DNA from: Macrostomum lignano
Lineage: Eukaryota
Length of the DNA: 64,000 nucleotides
Direction: 5' to 3'
Assembly: GCA_002269645.1 (NCBI GenBank)
Contig: NIVC01000494.1
Location: 496,001-560,000 of the forward strand
The notes beneath the pieces are model-generated. The model did not search any database. It saw only the letters and a list, made by a program, of their open reading frames with translations, and was not told the origin of the DNA. Of this stretch, positions 22,570 to 33,192 are shown in pieces. Position 1 is the stretch's first letter. Each line of letters starts with the position of its first letter. The position numbers and the translations under genes were made by a program.

Positions 22570-24803
22570 AAAGACCTACCAGGCCACCCCAAGAAAACCT
22601 CAAGTATAACATAAGCAAATTCAACCATATATACATTTATAAGATTGATATATTTGGACATATATACATTAACAAATTATACCAATATAGCATTTTGCCA
22701 TCCATTTGAGCTAACACACATTGAATTTAATCCCAGATATGCTTGCCATATGTAACGGAGCTTTTGTCTTATGGTGGTCAGGCTGGCACAGTGGTATTTA
22801 ACTTGGTCCAACAAATTTCCTTCAAAGATATAGTTAAAAGCTAAAGCTAAAAGTACAACAAGGGTTAAAGGGTAGAGTTACACCAAGTCAAGCCCACTAG
22901 TTCAACCATAGACAACTTTTGCAATAGAAAGAAAGAGCAGAAGCATCAGAAAAGAACAAAGGCATAAACACTAGAAGGCAAAAGCAGAAGAATCAGAAGC
23001 AGAGTTGACAACAAAAGAAACAGCACTGACACTAACAGATAATTAAATAATTGTTAAATAACTGTTAAATAATTATCTATTCAGTGATGCATGTTATTCT
23101 GATTTTGCAGTCAGTCTGTGGATCAATTTTCCTACTTTTTGGGATATCCCTTGTACTTTATATTTTTATAGAAAAGAAAACAAATTTTATTTGGATCCAT
23201 GATATAATACAATGTAATGTATAATAAACTATTTTCTAATTCTAAGAACTAACCAATTTTTTGTATTAAAAAAAGAAAAATGATAGCTTTTAAGTCCATA
23301 GAATTAGGGACTCAAGCAACAAAGGCAAAAAAATTTGACACTATATGCACACTTGGTTGAAATTGAAAAAGTAAGGTTAAGGTAAAGAAAATCTTTTCAA
23401 TTTCAATACAAAGGAAACTCTTAAGTCTCTAGGGTCAGGCACTCAAAAAACATTTTTGACACTATATCCACATTGTGATTGGGATGGTAGAGGGCTTAAA
23501 TTAAGATAAATGAAGCCAATGGGAAGCTATCTAACATTTGCCACTATCAAAATAGGCTAGAATTGCCACTAGACTGCAGAAGAAGCTTCTTAGAAACCAA
23601 CTGATAATATAAGCCATTGCCTTCATAGACATTCATAAGAATTATAGATTTTTTTATTTAATTACTTAAAAATATAAAAAAATATATTAGGAGAGAAAAC
23701 AAAGAGAATAAGACATAGACTTTAAAAAGTCATACCTCTACTTGGTCTAGACTTTAAAGTACTAGTATTAGTCAAAAGCTGGTCAGGGTAGGGCCTATCT
23801 TACCATTTGTATTTGGCCTTGCCAATATGGTCTTTGCAGCTTAAGAAATAGCTTTATATAGCAGCTAAGGTTAGATGGCTTCTAATTAGATAACATAGTA
23901 GATTAAAAGGCTATATCAGGTTTGCCTTTATATAGAATGCAATATTGGTCTTGTTGTCTAAACCCTATTATAGCGCCTACTAGAGGTAGAGCCTACTAGA
24001 TACTATCCTTTCCTGCACCAAACTGCACTAATGTGCTAAACTATACTTGCACTATTGAAGGCCAATCCATATTAGACATTTTCTATAATAATGGCCATTA
24101 ATTGCAATAAGATACCTAGACTAATCAGGATTGTTTACCATATACCAATGTAATTCATAAGATCTTAAGTTTAAGCTACTAGAAAGAATTCCAAATTGAA
24201 TTGAATTCTACATGGAATCTTGCATTGAATTAAGCATTAGGCTCAAAAAATCAATTAAAAATTAAAAAAAAATATAGGCTTAAAATAGCCCTTACTTTCT
24301 TTTAAATATTAGGGTCATTCTACAGATGCAACCCATTTTGGCAAAGAAATTTTCAGCAAAAATGCTTTGGTGAAATGAATTTTGAGTTTAAAATTAAATA
24401 TTTCAGTGAAAAAAGTGACTAGTTTGGCAAAAAGTTGGGCTTTATATATATATTGCAAATAAACCATTTTGATAATTGAAGCATTTAGTTTATTTAAATT
24501 GTTTATTGCTACAATTTATTTGCAGTTAAAAAATTAAAAACTAATGACTTAGCTTGTAGCCCATAGTCTGGATCATGCTAAGTGCATGCCCAAACAAAAA
24601 TTGAATAATTACGAATGCATGCCAAAAAAAATTAGAGTATGCCCATTCTCAAACATATGCTAGTCTTGCAACATAAAACAAAAACTGCTTTTTTACATTG
24701 TGACAATAAATGACCTTTTTTAAATTATATAAAAGACCCTTATTAACAAATAATTTGGTTGATTTTTATGCTATTTTGGCAAAACTATTTACAATAGAAA
24801 ATT

Positions 24804-25478
24804 GGGTCCGCGGTCATTTCGTCTGCCGCCTTTTCGTCTGCCAAAGAATTTTAGCAGACGAAACGACTTTTTTATTTATGTTTATTTTGGTTCACTTATT
24901 TCGTAATTTTTATGTAGGGAATTAAAATAAATTAGTATAAGCAAGTTTTAAGTATGTTTTCTTATTTATATTGATACATTTTGTTTTTCTTCATTTTCTA
25001 CGAAACCTAACTTACCTTTTTTTAACACTTTGTGCATTTAAGCTACTTGTATTTGTGAATAATTAAATTGCATATGAGTTTACATTTTCTGTGCCTACAA
25101 TTTCGATTGCTCCTTACATTTTACACTTTGTGCATTTAAGCTACTTGTATTCGTGAATAAATTGCATATGAGTTTACATACACGAAAAAAAAGTAAGAAA
25201 GAAAACTAAACGGTTGGAACTTGGAGATATTTGCTTCTGGCTTTGTGTATTTATATATATGCAACATATTAGCTCCGGAACTTGCAGAAAAATCCTAGCA
25301 TTATAATAAATTAGAATTAATAAGACATTTACATTACACTTCCATGCGAAGCTTGATGACATAATTAGTTATTCCGATTTATATATTATATATATTGGCA
25401 GACGAAACGACTATATCGTATATTGGCAGACGAAAAGGCGGCAGACGAAAAGGCGGCAGACGAAATGACCGTCAACCG
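24804..25478. mobile_element. 675-bp non-autonomous TIR element with a 6-bp AAAATT target duplication
   Basis: CGGTCATTTCGTCTGCCGCCTTTTCGTCTGCC (24811-24842) is inverted at 25440-25471, with 7 imperfect terminal bases on each side. AAAATT lies at 24798-24803 and 25479-25484. Subterminal GGCAGACGAAA repeats are present. Confidence 0.8.
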
Positions 25479-27599
25479 AAAATTGATACATGCAAAAATT
25501 TGTTTAAATGCTTTTTATGAGCTTAAAAAAACTAGAAAGCTTCAAATTTATACTTAAATATCAGCTTTTTTGATTTTTTAATTCACAATAACTCTTATAT
25601 ATAATTCTATAAAGTGCATGTCAGGTGTGCACACATACTATTTTTTCAAGAATGATACATACCAACTGTGCATGCCTAATTTTGGCATGCAAAGCCAATG
25701 CACGCCCAAATTTTCAGGCATACACCAGGCTTACATGATCCAAAGTGTGGCTTATAGCTATGTTATATACATGGAATCTATTGATATGCAGTTGATGGAT
25801 TAGGGATAATGATGATATGGTTTTTTAGATTTTTAGTTCCTAAAATTGTATTTTGAAATCCTACCATAATGGAACAGAAACTAACAAAACAACTAAACTA
25901 AATTAAATTGTGACAAAACAAAAACAAAAAATCACAATAGGCCTGGGGCCTAAAATTAGTCTTTAAATAAAGTTAGTCATTCTTTTTTTAACTTTTGTCT
26001 AAAACAACAAAAACTCTTCAGCAAAGCTTGGAACAAATCTTTTGCCAAAATGGTCAGCTTTAAACGAAACGGTCATTGTAAAAGTACTTTTTGCCATAAA
26101 TTCTATAATTGACTTCTGCTGAAAATTCTTTTGCCAAAGAGGGTTGAAACCAATTTTACGATAGGGTCTCAATGTTTTTGAAGTTAAAGCACTTGTAACT
26201 TTTGGACCATAGGCCCTACTAGATAAAACAAAGCTGCAAAAAGCAAGCTGTGTCAAACTTTTACTAGGCCTAGCTCAATATTGTTCACTAGCTGTTATGA
26301 AAAAAATGACCATTAGCTGATTAGCATAGTTAATGCTCTGCTATGTGTTCAGTTGTTTTAGAATTTATAAGCAGCTATGTTAAAAATATAGGCCTAGAAC
26401 TAGAATATAATTATAATACAACCATTCGTGCAATATACATATCATATTAGAATGCAAATTAACATTTTGCTAAGCTAAGAATAATACTAAGATGAGTTTT
26501 CTATTATTATATATTTATATAAAAATAAAATATGAGTATGATGTTAGCCATATAAAGCACTACTACACTACAGTCAATAGTAGTGTAGTATGATGTGCTA
26601 GCAACATTACTGGTTTTAAGCTGCATTCTATGATTCTACTTTCTTTGCTTTGCCATTGGCCTAGCCATAGTTAAGGTAGGCCTAGTTAGTTAGTTAAGGT
26701 AGGCCTACTTAGCAGTCACGATCATGGCACGCCTGCGCCGGAACAAATCCTATTAAAAAAGTTTGCTTGCGACGTGCGCCGGAACTATTTCTATTAAATA
26801 AGTTTGCTTGCACAGTGTGGCGGAACTGTTTTGTAAAAAAACAAGAATAATGTGTGTGTATTATTTTTCTGTTTGTAAAATACCGGGTAAAACTTGTATT
26901 TTAATCCGTTTCATAGAAGTTACAATGTTAACATATTTTAACTAAAAAAGCCGTCAATACACCGGAAAAGGCGAATTTTCTGTCTGCGAAAATATCGTCG
27001 CGCTGAAAGTTTTAGTCTTGTGCCGTACTGCGCTGGATTCCCCCGGTTCAGTTAAGGATGAATATCTTTTTAGTGTAAGAATTTTATCGTCTTTGAGAAG
27101 GACAGAATTTTACATAAAATTTAGCAGTAGTTGTGCTGAAAGTATTTGTCGACGATTTCTCAGCTTCGATAAATTAATTAATCAAAAATTCAATTCTAAA
27201 ATTTCACTAGCAGTTTGCATACTGTAAGTGACTATGAAATGAGTAAGATCGCTTCGTTCGAGAAGAATACCGCCTTAGTTTTTAAATGCGATTATTTTGA
27301 ATGAAAAAATCATTTACCACGGATTAATTGCGTCGACACGGGCAAGGGGGCGATCCGATTTAATAACGAGGAAAGCTTTATCTCTTGAAAAAATGCACTT
27401 TAAAATGCAGTAAAGCAAAGAAGACTTGACTGATTTGTCAGACCGATTTTTCTCAATTAACAAATAATGTTCCATGTTTGCAAGCAAGATTTCAGCAATT
27501 CATCGGACATCGTGCTGCACTGTAGTGGGCGAAGTTGAGCTAAATTACCGCCACTACCCCACTGACTGATCGAGACAGGCGCATCGTAATCCTCGTCCA

Positions 27600-29248
27600 G
27601 TTAATTTCGACTGGGTAGTATGGTTACGGTGGCTGCGTGCCGCCTGCAGAGAGGCTTTTTGTTCATGGCTCTCGGGAACCTGCTTCGTTGGCCTGCTTCT
27701 TCAGGGAGTTCTTAACGGTTTGCACTGCTCGCTCGAAACTGGCAAAGCAGGGCCCATTGTCTGAGACGATGGCCTCCGGTAGGCCATGAGTGCTGAAGCT
27801 CTGTCGCAGATTTTCATGCACTGTTGCGAAAGTCGTCGTCGCTGTCGTCACGTACAAATTGAGCCACTTCAAGTAGGATTCGACCTCCACCAGCAGCATC
27901 CGACCTTGGACGGGACCGGCGAAATCGACGTGGATTTTCAACCAAGGCCTGGTCGGTAGCGGCCATGGCTGCAGCGGAGCTTCTGGTCCGGCTCGCTGGT
28001 GCTTCTGGCAGTCCGGGAAGCTCGATCGCTGCCTTTAATGTTACGATTCAGGCCACGCCACCATATGTAGCTTCTGGGAAGCGACTTCATCCGGGATGGT
28101 CCAGGGTGTCCGACATGCAGGCAGTCGAGCAAGCAGCTTTGGCTGACTTCAGGAATGACGACACGACTACCCCAAAGAACGGATCCGTCTTGAACTGACA
28201 ATTCCTGGGTGCCGCTTCCCAAACGGCACCAGATCAGATGTCCAGGAATCTTGGTCCGGCCAGGCCAAGAGAAAGTGACGAATTACACTTGACAATGTAG
28301 AGTCGCGGCGTGACCAGGCACGCACGTCCGATGAAGTCACCGGCCCTGCGTCCGGAGGCAACGGAACTTCCTTAGGGCCCGCTAATGCAGGAAGGCGGCT
28401 TGAAGCGTCTGCTCGGAGCGAAAAGACACTGCTGCGATGTACAAGACGGTACCGGTACGCGATCAGTAGCAACGCCAATTGTGTCCCCGCCTTGCATACC
28501 TTCGCGGTGCGCCCGATTTTTGCTGCGTTTGTCCGCAAAGGAACATTTGGCTGCCGGATGGAGAGTCGACAAGCAGGGGAAATAGCGCCGCCGGCCTATA
28601 CTGTTCCAGACTGACGGCTGTCTTGCGGCCGCTGTCGCTCTGTTCGAAGCACTGTGTCGCTCTCTGTCGCTGCCGATGCCGATGTCGCTGCCGCAGGTTT
28701 TGCTGAGCCCAGAAATTGACAGTCTTTGGCTGCTGACTCTCCCGCTTGCGTGATCTTTCAGCCGTATCGAGGGTCAGCTCGGCCTCCATCAGGAGCCGGC
28801 GCTGGATTTGCTGATCCGCGATGCCGCACACCAGCCTGTCACGCAGCATGTCAGACAGGCTGCCGCCGTAATGGCAGAATTCCGCCAGCTTCAGCAGCTC
28901 TGCAAGGAACTCTGCCACCGACTCTCCAGGGCGCTGAACTCGGTTATTGAAGTGAAACCTTTGAATGATCTTACTCGGCCTTGGGTTGAAATGAGCGCTC
29001 AGCAGTACGCATATTTTGGCGTAGGATTTGTCCGCGACTTTGGCTGGAGAGCAGAGGCTTCTGGCCAACTGGAAGGTTTTTCTACCGCAGATGCCCAGCA
29101 GGGTTGCCCTCGTCGGAGATGTCCTGTGCCAGGAAACGCCTCTCCAGATGCTCCTGGTGTCTGGAGAGGCTCATCCCAGGTTTCCTCGAAGTCCTCATAT
29201 TCTCCGATTGCGTAGGTAGGCATTGCTCAGCCACAATCCTCGTCGCCA
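27600..29248 (-). mobile_element. Degenerate Mag-like Ty3/Gypsy internal region: gag, protease remnant, integrase; RT and most of RNase H deleted
   Basis: Gag motif (QRFHFNNRVQRPGESVAEFLAELLKLAEFC...LRDRLVCGI), ADASSRLP (RNase H end), LHVGHPGPSRMKSLPRSYIWWRGL (integrase Zn region) and KIHVDFAGP (integrase core). Multiple frameshifts. PBS TGGCGACGAGGAT (tRNA-Ser-like 3' end) at 29248-29236. Confidence 0.9.
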
Positions 29249-29249
29249 C

Positions 29250-29625
29250 TGAGACAACTCTATAGTTTGTTGAGTACGAGAAAAAAATAAACTTGAGCTC
29301 TGTAGCTCACAAGCCAATATTTACATATTAAGGTAAAAACGAACGTATAAAAGATTCATCAGCGCGCCATTAGACTTAAAACACGTACACTGCAGACACG
29401 TTTAAAAAGCACTAGGGGTTTAAAAGAATGCACACACTAAGAGAAAATAAGTCACTACGCTCGATGAAATATTGGTCAGTAAATCAATAAAGAGAATACA
29501 GCGAGTATATTCAGTGTACACTCGCTGAGTTTCGAAATACGATATAACCTATAAGCTAGTGTGAGCATGTGTTTATTCAAAGAGACTGTACGTGACTTTA
29601 AATACTCATCATTTACATGTAGTCA
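29250..29625 (-). mobile_element. Probable 5' LTR of the Mag-like element
   Basis: Ends in ...TGTCTCA one base before the PBS. The outer boundary is a guess, and no second LTR is seen. Confidence 0.45.
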
Positions 29626-30028
29626 CGATTGGTACAGTCCTGGAATCTAATTCGTAAAAATTGTCTCCTTAGAGAGCAACTGGCATAAGCGTTGAGGCCT
29701 CACAATCGATAATCAGGGGGGGGGGGCCTAAAGGAAACACTGCCGAGAATTTTCTAGGCCTGCATGCAGCTTGTAGCTCCCGCAGCCTTGGAGCCACACT
29801 TCCTTGGCAGCTCATTGGCGGAACATCGCGACAATGTAGGATCCTTCACTCCATGGCAACACGAGGCCTAGCTACCTTCTGATCCCTGTAACCAAAAAGA
29901 TGCTGGGAATTTTCTATAAAGCATCCAACGGAGAGAAGATCTCGGCGTGAAAATCCCATGGTCTGCAATCATCTCTCTTCGGCTAATTTTTGTTCTGCAC
30001 ACTCCATAGAAAACTGATCCACTCGGTC

Positions 30029-30805
30029 ATGGCATTGCTACTCTTTCCAATGGTAGCTGCCTTTCTGTTGATGCCTGCCTCTGTTGCGGCGACTTGTCCT
30101 GGCGGTTTGATTGAGGTCACCGACTCTGGAAAGTCTTGGTGTGTCAAGAATTACAACAAACACGTGACATTCTGCGATGCGATTAAGACTTGTCACGAGA
30201 ACGGCCAGGAGATGATCAGCAAGTCTGTGCACGACGCCATGGCGGCTACGAGCTTTTCTGGTGACAGATGGTGGGTCGGACTGGTCGATGCGCTGAACGA
30301 GAGAGGCACTGAGAAAGACGGCTGGGTTTGGATCAAGGACGGCCAGGTCACGGATGGTAGTGGATCAGTTTTTCAAAGTAGCGAACCAAATAATGGTGAC
30401 AACCAAGACTGTGCGACAGTCGAAAGTGACTCGATTAAACAACTGAGGGACGAGACTTGCAATGAGCTAAACAACGTTTTCTGCTACGAGGATGCCGCTG
30501 TGGCCAACCGAATCGCTACCAAAGCCACCACTGGTAAATTTGTTCGCACGGAAATCGTTGCGTACGATCAACCCGACCCGGGCTGCTGGATCAAGGAACC
30601 AAGGGCTAAAACTCACCTCCACTGCTCCCAGGCCTGCCTTGTGTTCGAGTTTGAGGACTGCATCGGATACTACTGGCACCCGGTGAGGAGGCAGTGCGTC
30701 CTGCTGCCCTACTTCGATGCCAGCCTGCCGCTGAGTGGCTCCGACTTTTCTGCCAACAACGAAGAGAAGCTGCAGTGGATGAAGTACAAACGTATTCACG
30801 CGTGA
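30029..30805 (+). CDS. Secreted C-type lectin domain + PAN/apple-like domain protein, single exon (258 aa)
   Basis: Signal peptide MALLLFPMVAAFLLMPASVAA. CTLD with WWVGL, WVW and SEPNNGDNQDC (EPN motif) and C..LNNVFC. C-terminal C..C..C..Y.W....C pattern typical of PAN/apple. The in-frame ATG at 30029 is preferred over the TTG at 29990. Confidence 0.85.
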   Translation: MALLLFPMVAAFLLMPASVAATCPGGLIEVTDSGKSWCVKNYNKHVTFCDAIKTCHENGQEMISKSVHDAMAATSFSGDRWWVGLVDALNERGTEKDGWVWIKDGQVTDGSGSVFQSSEPNNGDNQDCATVESDSIKQLRDETCNELNNVFCYEDAAVANRIATKATTGKFVRTEIVAYDQPDPGCWIKEPRAKTHLHCSQACLVFEFEDCIGYYWHPVRRQCVLLPYFDASLPLSGSDFSANNEEKLQWMKYKRIHA

Positions 30806-33192
30806 ACCTCTTAACAGTTCAAATAATTTACGAATCCACGAAATCAAATTAACTATAACGCCTGAAGTAACATTGAGACGAACAAAAACTAACTCAGAAA
30901 ATTTTTAATATTTGGTAACTTAACAGTTTCCCAATACTATATACTGTTTTTAAATTTCTTATAAAGTTTACTTCAAAAGAATTTTTTCAGTTTTTACGAG
31001 CTAATAAAACGAAGAATTCAATGAAATATTTGCTGTCTTACGACTTGAGCATCAAAACTTTGGTATTTTTTTGCTTTCATTCTTTGTTTCTGATGGCATA
31101 AACTGGGGTCGCTACAGCTTGCTCGTAAAGCCAGTACAGTAAATTTACAGACAAAATACAGTAATAGAATGCAGCAGAGAAGTTTTTATCAAGTCAAGGG
31201 AATTGCAAGTTGCGAAGATTTCCGGACCGAGACTGGCCTGATGCCTTACTCAAGTCAGCTTGCTAACTACTGCTCATCAACTTGTTGGTAGAGCGTCACC
31301 TGCAATCCAGAGTCGGAAAGAAGCTCAAGCTTCCTGCAAAGTTTTGTCTTTGCGATTTCGCGCTGCTTAGCGCCGCTGCTTCCAGTAAGAATGGCTGCTG
31401 GGGGGAAATCAAACACAATGCCGGCGGAAACAACGGCAAACAATGACTGTGTAGCTTGTCTATCGATTGGGTAGAAAAGAATGAAAGCTTTACCTGTAAG
31501 TATAGAATGAATTCATGATCCGATTTTGACCAAAAACTTTTTTCTAGAAAAAAAATTAACCAGAGAACTTTTTTTTAGCAGTAGCTGATGCGTGCTAATT
31601 TCGAAGGGTTGTCAAGTCAACTTACTCCCGATATGGAATTGATGTATCTTAGCGGCGCTTTCGCTGTCAGTTTCCTCTGTTGAACTGGCAATAAGTGTGG
31701 AATGCATTTTATTTTGTATTCTGTTCTGTAGCATCAACGATACCTCCAGATTTCCCACAAAAGTGAGTCACAACGGCAGTGGATGCAACTGTGATCAAGT
31801 GTCTAGAGGATTTCCGAAAATTGAGTACGAAATTAGGTTCAAAATATTCAAGTACACGTGAATTGATTTCCAGCTACTGGCTTCTTAAGTTCATCGGAAA
31901 ATGAACTGTTGGAGTAGTCCTTGAGGGCAGCTTGGAAATTGGTTCAGCAGGTTGGGAACTTAAAAGCCTTCATGGATCTACATGGCCGCGGGTATTTTTT
32001 TGGCACGCATCTATAAGATCTATTTTCGTATTGCTGTGAGAGTTTGTGATTAGTTTGAAAATAATCCATTTGGATTTCTTGACAACGAACTCCGAAGGTT
32101 GCATGCCAGTTTAAGCTAATACACTGTACGTTTTTGAATATCAAAAATGTAGTTGCAAAAAACTCATACTTACGTGCAAGGAACGAAGACCAAGAAGCCA
32201 GGAAGGAGAAAACCTCGAACAGTAACGAATCTCGGATCGTCATGTGCAGACTATGTGGGTTTAACTGTGAATATGACGAGCCTGGCAGCGCCAAAGCATA
32301 TTCACCATCACACTCTCCAACCGCGGTGGTGATTCACACACCATTGATGAGCTGCGCTGTCACCGAAAAAACGTTCAGTGCATTCGAAACGTGAGATTGT
32401 GGTGAAGAGACTTAATAAATTTTATCATATATATTTGCGCGGCTAAACTAATTTGTACCAATGTACGCACAATCGCATTCTCGATAAATTGCCAGCTAGA
32501 TAAACGTTAATATTTGATGACTGATGATAAAAGTATACCAATCTAAGGTGCGGAATTCTAGTCAAAGCATACGTCGAAGGAAATACTCGTACAGGTAGCT
32601 ACTGCAACAAGACAGAGTAAAAAGTAGTACACGTGTACAGTTTATACGCAGATCTACATTCAACAATATTTATTTGCAAACGCCGCATCAAATGAGAACC
32701 AATACGTACTACTCACATTAATATAGATGCAGCTACGCATAAGAATCTGCTCATTTTTTTTATATGAGCTAATTTGATAATGAGCTAGATCGCTTCCAAT
32801 TAGCTTAATACTGCTAAGTTTCTTAATAACTACTTTTTATAGTAGTACATATAGTGCGGACATATCGTGACATTCAATCAAATTATATAATAATTTATAG
32901 CTAGCTGTCAAAAAGTTTTTTGCTCAACTAACGCAAAACTACACATGTACATAAGTAGCGAGGAATAACTCGATGGATGCGTAGTCATCAATAATACATG
33001 TATACACAGACTATAGCTACTGTAGTCGATATTCGGTAAATCATGTCAGACACAGAACGAACAATTTTGCTTCTGCTTTCTCTGCACAGTCTGGGCAGGA
33101 CTGTATCCGACTTTGCTGGCTATATGAGAAAATAGGTCTCACAGTACAGACAAACACCACCTGCATCTTCGCCGCCACCCCCATCACAGCCA

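Noticed and set aside
31780-32400. ORFs 31944-32294 and 32134-32394; possible decayed coding sequence
   Set aside because: No recognisable domain, and stops interrupt the candidate frames.
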